A stretch of DNA of 64,000 nt, taken from the NCBI GenBank assembly GCA_977017575.1, contig CDRNVI010000034.1, positions 62,001 through 126,000 of the forward strand. The letters run 5' to 3'. Below, in pieces: positions 52,060 to 62,721 of the stretch; positions within the stretch are counted from its first letter, which is position 1, and each line of letters begins with the position of its first letter. The stretch is from Paramoeba atlantica (taxonomy: Eukaryota > Protista > Discosea). The translations under genes were made by a program, and so were the position numbers. The notes beneath the pieces were generated by a model. The model was not told where the DNA came from. It saw only the letters and a program-made list of their open reading frames with translations, and did no database searches.

Positions 52060-53652
52060 TTACTTCCCCTCCCTCCCCCTCACCAACCACTGTGTCAACT
52101 TCCCCACCCCCCCCACCCTCTCCCCCTCCTCCTCCCTCTCCCTCAACCCCGCATGCAACCTCCGCAACCCCTCCCCCCCATCCTCCCCCCCCAACACCTC
52201 CTCCACCCCCCGATTCCCCATCCCCCCCACCCCCCCTTTCTCCCCCCCCCCTCTGTGGTCCGTCACCCTCCCCTGCGCCACGTTATACGTGCGTATCTTC
52301 TCCGCCCGCTCCCCACTCACCCACTGCTCCCCCAGCAGCGCCGCCACCCCCCCCTCCCGCGCCCCCACCGCCCGCCCCCACAGCCGCTCCCGCAGCTGCT
52401 CCAGCGCCAGCCGCCGGTTCTCCCCCCCGCTCCGCGACGCGTGGCACCGGATCGTGATCCCCGTGGGCCGGTGCCGCAGCCGCACGCAGTTGTGCGCGAC
52501 GTTCACCCCCTGCCCCCCCGGCCCCCCTCCGTGGGACATGGCCATCTCAATGTCCTTATCTGGCACTGAGATTTGGATCGGGGAGGGCTGGGGGAGCAGC
52601 GTGACGGCCGCGGTGGAGGTCTGGAGCTTGGGGGAAGTGGAGGGGGAGGGGGTGGGGACGCGCTGGATGCGGTGGACACCAATCTCGTGGCGGAGGGAGG
52701 ACCCGGCGACGGGGGAGGCGATGCGGAGACGGTAGGGGGGGCGGGTGTGGCGGGAGGCTGCGGTAGTGGCCGTAGTAGCCGTAGAAGAGGAAGAACCACT
52801 TGAGGATGAAGGTAGAGGGTTGGAAGGTTCAGGGGTTGGGGTGGTGTCGAGGATGGGCCAGTGTTGGGCGGTGCAGTAGGTTTTGTACATTTCAAAGAGT
52901 TCAGCGGCGAAACGCCAGCTTTCCTCCCCCCCGGCCATGCCTTTGACCTCGAGGTTCCAGATCTCGGTGGAGTGGAGGGTTTGTTGGAGAAGGGAGGGGG
53001 GGAGGGTTTTGTGGCCTACGGTGAAGGGGCGTGAGGTAAGGTAGTGGGAGATGGAGGGGGTTTCGAGAGAGCGGTGGACGGCGGTGACGAAGGTGTGTTC
53101 GAGGTCGGAGAGCTCGGGGAGGAGGCGGGTTTGGATTTCCTCCTCAATGAGGGTTGCCATGGAGGTACTTGAGGTGTCGGTAGAGGAGGCGGTTTCTTGG
53201 GCATCGGGGGTAGTATTCGTCGAGGCTTCGAGCTCACGTTTTTCTTTTATGGCTTCCGCATGAAGAGAAAGAATCTCGCTGCATTTGTTTAGCATGTCCA
53301 CGGCACACGGCAGGAGTATGTCTTTTAGTCTCTCTTTGGCTTCGTATGGCCATGGCTCAAACGTGTCACTTTTCGTGGAAGTTTTTGAGGGATTGACGTG
53401 TGATTGGGACTTTGTAGGAAACTCGAATCGAAGTCGATGACCGTCCTCTGCATTTTGTCCCAGCGACGGAGTTCCCAAGAACATGTAGGTCGCCTGTGCA
53501 CATGACCAATAAACTTCGTGTATGGTAGGAGATATAACGGAAGGAAAACATGGAAGAGGAATCCCTGTGTTGTTCCGTAGATGGGTCCAGTCGTGCTTTG
53601 TATTTTGCAAGTGAGAGGGAAGGGCATATCGTGCGAGGGAACGAAAGAGCAT
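52060..53652 (-). CDS. Mitochondrial class I peptide chain release factor (RF1-like)
   Basis: ATG at 53652 (MLFRSLAR, a mitochondrial-type leader). Motifs LEVKGMAGGEE, L.HEIGVHRIQRVP, QTSTAAVTLLP, GGPGGQGVN (GGQ), RAEKIRTYNVAQGRVTDHR. Confidence 0.9.
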   Translation of the reverse strand: MLFRSLARYALPSHLQNTKHDWTHLRNNTGIPLPCFPSVISPTIHEVYWSCAQATYMFLGTPSLGQNAEDGHRLRFEFPTKSQSHVNPSKTSTKSDTFEPWPYEAKERLKDILLPCAVDMLNKCSEILSLHAEAIKEKRELEASTNTTPDAQETASSTDTSSTSMATLIEEEIQTRLLPELSDLEHTFVTAVHRSLETPSISHYLTSRPFTVGHKTLPPSLLQQTLHSTEIWNLEVKGMAGGEESWRFAAELFEMYKTYCTAQHWPILDTTPTPEPSNPLPSSSSGSSSSTATTATTAASRHTRPPYRLRIASPVAGSSLRHEIGVHRIQRVPTPSPSTSPKLQTSTAAVTLLPQPSPIQISVPDKDIEMAMSHGGGPGGQGVNVAHNCVRLRHRPTGITIRCHASRSGGENRRLALEQLRERLWGRAVGAREGGVAALLGEQWVSGERAEKIRTYNVAQGRVTDHRGGGEKGGVGGMGNRGVEEVLGGEDGGEGLRRLHAGLREREEEGERVGGVGKLTQWLVRGREGK

Positions 53653-54274
53653 CACGTGAGGTGTACGTCTCAAGAAGCTGGAAGGAGTAGGATCATAAAG
53701 CTATACATACGGTTGATGAGCCGTGCGTGTGCGACAATGTCGTGGAAGGGGATCATGTTGCGTTCGTGCAGGTAGCAACAGGCATAGAAGCAACCTTTGA
53801 TTTAGATAGAAAGAAGTTCTTATATACCCTTATATACCCTGTATACAATGTACACGTAGTGATCTCAAGTGGAAAATAGATGAAGAATTTTGTTTTCTGT
53901 CTTCATATCAAATAATTCAAAAACAAGATATCCGGGTGAGATTAGTTAAGCTACAACTGCAGTCCACATTGTAACCATCTCTGCAAAAAACTGTTATCTA
54001 AAGTACACAAAAGAACTTTATCTACTCGATATACACATCAATTACTCAGATTTTTGAACCTGCAATTCAACCTCTTCCTAATTTTGAAGCTCTCGATAAA
54101 GTAACCAACAAAATAGCTGTACATTTTTGTGCTGCACAACGTGAGTGACTTCATACCACAATAAGACCTAAGAACACAAAAAAGGAATTTAAAAATCTAG
54201 AACTCTTTCTAAAATATTGAAATATATCACTAATCTACTAGTGCAAGGCTGATACCTAAAAATATCACCCCACA

Positions 54275-54844
54275 TTACTTCTTTCTTCCGGTAGGCTTTT
54301 TTTTTTGAGTGTTCGTCTTTGGCTTACGAACGCCTCTCCCTTTGGTGTTCGATGTGGATGACTTTTTGACAGGGCTGCTCTTGATAGCTTTCGCTAATAT
54401 TCTAATCATACCAGTTTTTGTTGAGGTCGGGGTAAGACCACGTCTTTTGCATGCATCACGAAGAGCTGCCACTGACATATTTTTCAAATCCTGACTGCGG
54501 AAGTTTCCCTCTACAGGAGAGGAAATCTGGGAAACGGATTGTGATGGAAGTCGGGAAGACTTCGTAGTGCGAATTGCTGTTCTTTGCTTTTTTTCCTTTG
54601 GTAAATTCTTAGAGTCCTTTTTAGACGGTGGACTATTTCTCTTTTTTTGAGAAACCGCCTGCTGTACTTTTTTTGAATCTTCGCTGGGGAGACTACTTGG
54701 TAGCACTTCTTCGTCTTGAGTATTTTCATTCGGTAGCGAGTTTATTTCTGGTGGGCATAAACAGCTGCTCTTAAAAGAGCCACAGGAAAAGCATCGACGA
54801 CTGAGAATATGTTCTTGTTGCCGCTCTAAGAAACTGTGCTTCAT
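54275..54844 (-). CDS. Basic SAP-domain protein with an N-terminal Cys cluster
   Basis: CFSCGSFKSSCLC near the N-terminus. SAP-like LKNMSVAALRDACKRRGLTPTSTKTGMIRIL. Lys-rich tail. Confidence 0.6.
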   Translation of the reverse strand: MKHSFLERQQEHILSRRCFSCGSFKSSCLCPPEINSLPNENTQDEEVLPSSLPSEDSKKVQQAVSQKKRNSPPSKKDSKNLPKEKKQRTAIRTTKSSRLPSQSVSQISSPVEGNFRSQDLKNMSVAALRDACKRRGLTPTSTKTGMIRILAKAIKSSPVKKSSTSNTKGRGVRKPKTNTQKKKPTGRKK

Positions 54845-55145
54845 TTTAAGCCGTAAGCGAGTTTTTCGAAGAGTATGGGTAAAATAAAACTCCGAAATAA
54901 GAATTAAACGAAGAATGGATAAGAACAGTGTTCATGAAATCCCTTTTAAAAAGAAAATATGGCTTCTGTATTAAAAATAACCATTTAAACTTCATTATTT
55001 TTGAATTGTTTTATTTTTGAAGTCCAGGATTTTCCAAACAACGATAGTTTTCCCACGATAGTTGTCATAATTCTTACATGGTACACAGACAATATGAAAT
55101 CATGCTGAATAAGGAAAACGTCACCCAATGTCCATCATTCCACTT

Positions 55146-56585
55146 TTAAAAAAAGTCAAAATCACCAATAAGTACGGTGGCAACAAAGAACCACACATAC
55201 CAGTGGTTCCGGTAGGAGTTCGCTATGCGCTCATGAAATAAATATCTCTGGTGCTCGCTGCAATAGTTGTAGACATAAAAATCAACAGGAATACAAAGTT
55301 CACGCTTATCTTTGTCAATACGATACGAAGAACCGGGCGCTGTCAAACGAACGGTATGGCCTTTCAAGTAGGCCCGAAAAAGCCATGCGGTGCGCAGAAA
55401 CGCATCGCAACAAGATTGAAGCTGACTGGGGGTAATGTAATAATTTTTTTCCGTTTGTTTTTGTCCCGTTACTGAAACACCCGCAGCCGCAGGTAGAGCA
55501 CTTGGCTCTACCCGTAGCGACGCATCATGTTCATTAAAATGAAACCCGGAAAGGGTGCATCGAAAGCGCACCGCTTCCACTGCCTCATGGAGACGTTCCT
55601 GTTCCTCCTGAACCGTGACCTGCAGATGCATCAGAGGGGAAGCCTCTGTGCGTAGAAAGTGCAACACCTCATAGGGCGTCGCGGTGTCTAGAAAACGAAC
55701 CTCCGCTCGGGCCCAATCAATCGTATAGGGCAATGTTCTAGCAATTGCCCCCAGATTTCGGGTTGAGCGTTTTGTTTTTTGAGTTTCAGAACTCAAAGGT
55801 TTGCTCTTTTCCTCCTCTGTGGGAGTCCTTGATAAAGTAGGGCTCTTGTTTGTTGTTTCCTGCGTGGGCTCTTGCAACGCCCAGGCCGTGTATTGCCCTC
55901 TTGTAAAATTACGGTAGTCCGAGGTCTCTTCCTGGTGATCGTTCACGAGGGTTCGTTTCGCCACGTTTGGCAGCTCTTGCAGCACCCCCTGCCGCACGGG
56001 ATCAGGGACCACCGAAAGGGACAAGTGGGAGAATGCGGGGACTTTTTCAAACAGCGCACGAGAGGCAAGAAGTCGCGCAGAGAACCCCGCAAAGTCAGCA
56101 GATTTATCCCATGTTACACGTTTCCATTTCATTTGGTTGCGCAGGGGCTGGGAGCCGTAATATTGGGTTAGGCCATCGTCGGCGTCCTCAGGAGAAGGCG
56201 GTACAGTTTCCGTCGTTTTTGCAGTGCTTCTTTGTAAATTCGCGCTTTGAGAATCCGTAGGGGTGATAATTTCTGTGACTGAGGCACATCCTGGTGCATT
56301 CGTTGCATTCTGCACGTTTGTGATTGGTTTCGTTTTGTCACCGCTTTCTGTTGTGCCCACAGAAAGGGGCGATGTAGGGGAAGATGTATTTTTAAACGAA
56401 GTGCATGCCCACTGCCATGCGGTCTTTGTGTAGTGAACAAATCCCTTTTCATCTTTTTGACGTTCATGAAGGACATGATTCATGATTTCCCTTTGGGTTT
56501 TCATCCAAATTAGAACATCACTGGGGCGAGTCGTATTTTGAAGAGGTAACGCCACACACCCCATGACAGTAGCGCGACGCATCAT
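55146..56585 (-). CDS. Hypothetical protein, probably mitochondrial, with weak resemblance to the TCAIM/DUF4461 C-terminus
   Basis: Long intact ORF. ATG at 56585 gives an MMRR-type leader. C-terminal LKGHTVRL..SYRID..ELCIPVDF followed by a hydrophobic tail. Confidence 0.55.
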   Translation of the reverse strand: MMRRATVMGCVALPLQNTTRPSDVLIWMKTQREIMNHVLHERQKDEKGFVHYTKTAWQWACTSFKNTSSPTSPLSVGTTESGDKTKPITNVQNATNAPGCASVTEIITPTDSQSANLQRSTAKTTETVPPSPEDADDGLTQYYGSQPLRNQMKWKRVTWDKSADFAGFSARLLASRALFEKVPAFSHLSLSVVPDPVRQGVLQELPNVAKRTLVNDHQEETSDYRNFTRGQYTAWALQEPTQETTNKSPTLSRTPTEEEKSKPLSSETQKTKRSTRNLGAIARTLPYTIDWARAEVRFLDTATPYEVLHFLRTEASPLMHLQVTVQEEQERLHEAVEAVRFRCTLSGFHFNEHDASLRVEPSALPAAAGVSVTGQKQTEKNYYITPSQLQSCCDAFLRTAWLFRAYLKGHTVRLTAPGSSYRIDKDKRELCIPVDFYVYNYCSEHQRYLFHERIANSYRNHWYVWFFVATVLIGDFDFF

Positions 56586-57627
56586 CAGTGTAATATTCAA
56601 CAAAAATAATTTTTGAAGAAGAGAATTTTTCTTTTGCAAAAAGAGGGAGGAACGTTTCTTTGAATATCCGAAAGATCACTTATTAAAATCTTCATAAAAT
56701 TTTCTTCGCACTGATTTGCTATGAAGTACATTGCTATGTAGGAATATTGTAGGAAAATTCATGCAGCTCCGCTTTGAGTTAAGAAACTTGAGTTAAGAAA
56801 AAATGCTAACGATGTTTGAAGAAAGAGGAAATGTGAAATTTATTTCACTTGGGGGGCCGCGGGTGTGCATCACCGAACCCGCGCTTTGCATTTGAGACCG
56901 AACGAGATCTATTTTAGTCCGAAAAAATGGATTGAACGTGCATAACGTACTACATGTACTACAGTAAAAGAACACCGAGAACAATATTCTATGAGCCCAC
57001 TTTACATGAAAGGTTTTGATCAGCTTTGAAAAAAATTAGAATCATGATTCATAAATAGGAAGCAAACGTTTCTCAGTGAGTACAGTGGTTATTTTCGACG
57101 GAAGATAATCCATTTATACCAGAACGAGATTACTTGCTCAATCGTGAACTGAATAATATCGCAATAATATTTAAAAAGAGAAAGTTCATTATTATGTTCA
57201 ACGTTTTTTCATCATGCAAAAATATATAAAAAGACAAAAAAAGGTAAACGAGAGATAATGTGAAAGTCTCACGGAGAAATTTGCTTGCTGACGACACCGA
57301 CGTTTCCTCAGATGAATAATTTTAGTGGCTTCGTTAAACGCAGTGGTCGTTTTCAACTTAGAAGTCACTCTTGCTGCGCGCTTCGCGTTGAAAACTACCT
57401 CCGCGTTTAACGAAGAGCCTAAAAAAGAAAAATTGCCAAAACATCACGATAAAACAATTTTTTTGGCAGTGCGGGTCGCGCACTGAGAACGTATGTGTAC
57501 CCCTTCCGCAGGATTGTCGCTCAAAATATGTATATGGATCAGTTAAAAACGCTTCGATGAAGACTCAAAAAAAGTTGAAATACCTTTAAAAAACACTTCG
57601 ATGAAGCATCAAGAACATCGAAATGTA

Positions 57628-58267
57628 CAGTGGTCGTCACCAATCTGAGAGTCACGAAAATGAGAATGAACCTCTGAAAAATGACAAATTATCGTGTCAA
57701 CGTTCAACTCAAAAAGCACCTTGAAAATGAGAATGGATCAAAAGTGATGTTGTTGTGCCAATCTGGGTCTCGAAAAAGAGGCATCCGCACAAAAAAACAG
57801 CTACTGCAGTGCTGGGGGTGATGGCTTTGCCGGAGGGGTGACGATTTTTTTTGGGGTCTCAGGATCGAAATCTCAGCGTCTAGGTCAGTGCTTTAATTAT
57901 TTTGTAAGTTTGAAATGCCTTCTACTTCGGCTTCTCCCTCCGCAACTTTAGATTCTGAGTCACTCACTCAAATGAAGTCAACATCTTTTGAATCCAGCAA
58001 GGAATTCGACACTGGGAAATTTAGTTCCTTTGTCGGGGCTGCGTGCGGAGTCATAGTTCTTGTTACCTACCCGGTTTCCAAAAATTTCACAATAGGCACC
58101 GCTCTCCCAGGATGACTTTATTCCGTTTTTCTACTTTTTTTCTATTTCTTGTCAATGTTCGACGGCAAAATCAACGCGAAAATGAGAATAGTCGCGAAAA
58201 TGAGAATGAGAATGTAAAAATTCTGTCAATGTTCAATTACGGATTCTGAGAATAGTGACTACCACTG
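57628..58267. mobile_element. TA-target MITE (640 bp); truncated second copy at ~50842-50930
   Basis: TA|CAGTGGTCGTCACCAATCTGAGA ... TCTGAGAATAGTGACTACCACTG|TA. The same left end plus GAAAATGAGAATG motifs occur at 50842-50930. Confidence 0.8.
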
Positions 58268-59567
58268 TACATGGATGCGCGAAAATAATTTCGGTGAGGA
58301 ATTGAAAAAAATGTAAAAAAGTCAAAAACACCTTCGATGAAGCTCCATCGGTCCCCCTATCCTTGAGTTTCTACTCCGTGTTCTAATATTCTTTTTATTT
58401 AGATTTTTTTAAGATATGTAGCTCTAAGAGAGCTCTCGAACGCGCCATTATTTTCCAAAATTGGACAGTTTTTACAAATTTTAGACCCCCCATGTGCAAG
58501 TGCCACCCCCTGTATGTGAGACTCCATCGCTGGACTTTACCGCCAATGTACATTGGCGGTAACATCATAAAGTTGTACATCATAAAGTACATCATAAACG
58601 GCACAACTCTTTTCATGGCGTAGACATTGGGAAGAAGATTGTAACAGATTTACGCCGATGCTTAGGCGAGGACAGGCTGTTGAAGTGGGGATACCTGAGT
58701 TTTGACGGCTGTACCACTAATAAGGTGGCTCGTAACAATGCCTCAGTAACAAATTACTGCTGCCATTTTTGCTGAAGTCCGCAATACAGATCTAGACGAT
58801 TGATTTGTTCTTCTTGGTACAGCCGATTAGGTAAATCTGAAAATAAGCCTCCAGGGAGTTTTGACTCGCATCGTGCTCATACCTTGCGTGGAACATTTTC
58901 TACACAATGTCCTCAAAACAGCAATGTAACCTTGGCCCGAGAGTGACATTTTTTTAGAGTTCGTAAAGAGTCTTCTAAGTTTTTCTTTCCCAAACATACA
59001 GACAGAAAGGATGATTTCAAAGGTATCTCACCAGAACAACGCATGGAGGAGCGAGAAAATTTCATACAAGAATCCATCGAAACACTGCAAAATTGCCGAG
59101 CTTGAATTGCCACCTTGGAGATGAAGGTCGTACATCGCTCCTAGAATCACTGGTTTACCCTGATGTTCTCAACACGTCTTGCTGAAGAAGTGGGAAATGA
59201 ACTTTACTCTGTCATAAACTCTTCTTGTTCCGTTCAAGAGAAGCATGATGCCTTGCAAACTTTAGGTCCGAAACTCATAGAAGAAGCTCAGCTTGCACTG
59301 AATTGTCCGGAAAGGAATGCTTTTTTTTGGCGGCGTCACGCGATTCTTGGCGGCGTCACGCGATGGGCTACGAACAAATGTGACTCCATAAAGTACGTTA
59401 TACGAAAGTTGCCAACGTTGACTAGATTAGTGGAGCACCACTGCACGAAAGAAAAGACACCCTGTAAGTCAATTAGGGATATTAAGAACGGAGATGCCTT
59501 AAACAAACTGCAGCAGGAAGAAAAAGAGCAGGGTTCGCGGAAACTTTAAAACTTTAAATAATTTTTT

Positions 59568-60440
59568 AGGCTCTTCGTTAAACGCGGTGGTTGTTTTCAA
59601 CTTAGAAGTCCCTCATGCTGCGCGCTTCGCGTTGAAAACTACCACCGCGTATAACGAAGAGCCTAAAAAAGAAAATTTGGTCTAGAAAGCTGAAGAAAAC
59701 GGAAACACTATAGCCAAAAATAGCCGAATTTCGGGTAAAAATGGGGTGGTTTTCGCGTATTTTTGCTCTCAGAGCACTAAATCCGATATTTGCGCGCGGG
59801 AAATCACCCGTAGGCAGGAATAAAAGCCTACCAAACGTATTGGGTAGAGAATACGACTCCAACAACACACCATTCTTTCGACCAAAAAAGGCCCCTTGGG
59901 GTTCGAAAAGTACTTTTTCACCTTTTTTAGTCAAAAATGGGGTGTTTTAAGGGGCGCACCACGGCTCGAAGAAGGGATGCCTTGCGAAAACAACTACGGA
60001 GAAAGCTAGTGTAGGTCCCAAACTATCAAAATAGAATAGGGGAAACGATTTTGGAAAAATATTTTTTTTGTTAGTTTTTTCGCCAACTTGAAATTTTTTT
60101 CCAAAATTTTTTTCCGAAAAAATCCGAACTTGGCGGACCCGTCCTGCGCATACGAGGGGGGTCACCCCCGGGTAGGGGGGTGGAAAATGCGTGCCAAGAC
60201 CCCGGCTATCCCTTCTGCGGGTTTGTTTCGAAGAAGAATTTTTTCAAAAAAAATTCGTGCGGTATGCCCCCCCCTCCTAGACCCCCCATTTTTTTCAATT
60301 TTTTCAATTTTGGACCACCGGAGCCCCCTTTTATAAATTTTTCTTCTATTATATTGCTGTGTTCCTCTTTATATTTTCACTGTTTGTGTTCACTTTTTTT
60401 TCAATAATCGAGGGCAGAGCGGTAGTTTTACAACCATGGC
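59568..60440 (-). mobile_element. Helentron/HINE-like element, copy 3
   Basis: ~100-bp hairpin GGCTCTTCGTTAAACGCGG..CCGCGT(A)TAACGAAGAGCC at the left. Interior matches copy 1. Degenerate GCGGTAGTTTTACAACC right end. Confidence 0.6.
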
Positions 60441-60484
60441 AATGTACTTTATAGTAACTTTAAATTTTTTAAACGGTGGTTGTA

Positions 60485-61165
60485 AGGCTCTTCGTTAAAC
60501 GCGGTGGTTGTTTTCAACTTAGAAGTCACTCATGCTGCGCGCTTCGCGTTGAAAACTACCTCCGCGTTTAACGAAGAGCCTAAAAGAGAAATATCGGTAA
60601 AAGATCAATATTTCTTTTGGGGGGTGGAAAAGCTGTATTTTTCGGCGAAAACTGCGAAATTTTAACCCGAATTTGGGCCGTTTTTGATGCCTTACCAGTA
60701 GGGGTAGAAGGCGAATCTGTCGAAAAAGACGTCGTAGAATGGTAGCTGGGGTCCAAAACTGTTAAAATACGTTTTAGGAGTGGATTTTGGAAAAATAATA
60801 TTTTTGGTCACCCCAAAAATTTCGGAAATTTTGACCTTGTCGGACCCCTCCTGCGCGTACCAGGGAGGAGTACCCCCAGGTGGGGGGGTGGAAAATTATC
60901 GCCGCGGCCTCCTCTACCACTTCCCTGCGCTCGATTTTGGAAAGCAAAAAATTCGAAAAGAAATTCTTGACGTATGCCCCCCCCCCCCATGGACCCCCCC
61001 TGGACCCCCCATTTTTTACAATTTTTCAGTTTTGGACCACCGGAGCCCCTTTTATAAATTTTTCTTCTATTATATTACTGTGTTCCTCTTTATATTTTCA
61101 CTGTTTTTGTTCACCTTTTTCTCAATAATCGAGGGTAGAGCGGTAGTTATACAACCACCGCAAGT
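60485..61165 (-). mobile_element. Helentron/HINE-like element, copy 4
   Basis: Hairpin module at 60485-60581. Interior is the reverse complement of 14340-14945. Ends GCGGTAGTTATACAACCACCGCAA. Confidence 0.65.
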
Positions 61166-61284
61166 TTATTTTACTTACTATTTATCCTTTTCACTTTATA
61201 AGGAGGCTGACGACTCTTTAGCACATTTACATTTTGAGCGTACACATCCTATGTACATACATAATCTTGTATTTACTGTCTTAT

Positions 61285-62090
61285 TCATCTTTCTACTTTC
61301 CCTTTCCTATGGATAAACTCACCCGAGGAAAGTTCTGCAAGAAAAGTTTCGTTGAAATGAAGAGCACAGAAGGAAACAATAAAGTAGCAGAGTGTAAGTT
61401 GTGTCCTGAAGGTGGACGTAAACATTTTTTGATCGCCAAAGGTCTGCAGACCGACTCTATGGCTCCAGAAAAACACCTGCTAAAACATGCTAAGACTTAC
61501 GACGTCTGGTCTAGGGAACAACAGGAAAAGCGCCGCTGTGAAAACCCAACAATTAATATATCACGACAGGCTGCTTCACCAGAACATCATGAAGATATGA
61601 TTACTATCTGGAAATCAGTGTAGGATCCCAAGCTCAGCTCTTTAGCATCCGCTAAATTGAAATAAAATCATGCGAGGTTTATGCCCCACTTCACCTCGAA
61701 GAGAAAAGATGAATGAACTGATTATAGAGTACGCGGGGCAAGCGCGAACAAATACATGAAATGAATTCGAGTTCAAATTTTCAGATGTGTGCGCATGAAT
61801 GGATACTTCAACGATCCATCATTGTACAATGTGTGCCGTGACCCTAGTGTGCAAAGGTACATCAATGTGTTGGACTAACTATATTAAGCCAATGTCCTCC
61901 ATTGATGACCCCTCCTTCAAAGTTTGCTTGAACAAGTTTTGGTGGAACTTTGTTCCGAGCGAATTTTTGCTACACACCTAGAGTCAGATGCCGGAGCAGG
62001 AATCAAGGGCTTGATCATGACTGCAACGGAAAACGGAATCGCCTACACCGTTTGCTTCGTTCATTCATTACAAAGCGAAGAAAAGGGGAT
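61285..62090 (+). pseudogene. Degenerate hAT transposase (BED finger plus catalytic-core remnants)
   Basis: AECKLC..EKHLLKH (BED finger), a frameshifted (D)EW-TST..CAVT motif, and ESDAGAGIKG..VCFVHSLQ (second Asp plus CxxH). Confidence 0.6.
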
Positions 62091-62125
62091 CGGTACGGTC
62101 TTATTTTAGAACGACTTATGCGTTA

Positions 62126-62578
62126 CTGCCCCCTATTTAGTGTTGAGTGAAATTCGGCAAAATTCAACACTAAATAGGGGATACAGCTTTATGAACGCTG
62201 TGGGGCATTTGTATAAAGGCCTGTAGGGGGACAGCTTGTAAAGGGGGATACAGCTATGAAGGCTAGGTCTGACAAGCAAAGTATAAAGGAGAAACAAACA
62301 AGCGAACAATGAATACAACCCCGCTCATTAAAAATGGGACCAACGTTTATAGAGCTACGAGTCTTGCTTTTTGTTGATTGCAAGTATCACCCTGTATGAA
62401 GAAAGTAAATTAAGGTAGAAATCGGTCAGCAATCACAAATAACAACAAAGATAAGAAAAAAACGCCTTTGGAAAAAAAAGAATTAAGCGCCGCTTCGCGG
62501 CGCCTATATGCACCGAACCCAAAATTCAACACTAAATAGGGGGGGGTTGAGCACTCAATAGTAAATAGGGGGGGGCAG
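62126..62578. mobile_element. TA-target MITE
   Basis: TA|CTGCCCCCTATTTAGTGTTGAG ... CTCAATAGTAAATAGGGGGGGGCAG|TA. Internal AATTCAACACTAAATAGGGG repeats. Confidence 0.7.
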
Positions 62579-62721
62579 TAAGAGTAAGTTCAGGGATTTG
62601 TCTATTACAGTCCAGAAGCTTACTTCGATGGTTGTATTAGAAAATCTTTATCTAAATAGGATAAAAATATCTTCTTAATAGGATTAGCTGTTAATAGGCC
62701 TTTATAATCACCAAAGAGCTC

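Noticed and set aside
45693-52895. Pro-, Gly- or Val-rich alternative-frame ORFs over the PCIF1-like and RF1 genes
   Set aside because: They are by-products of stop-poor C/G-skewed sequence overlapping well-supported genes.
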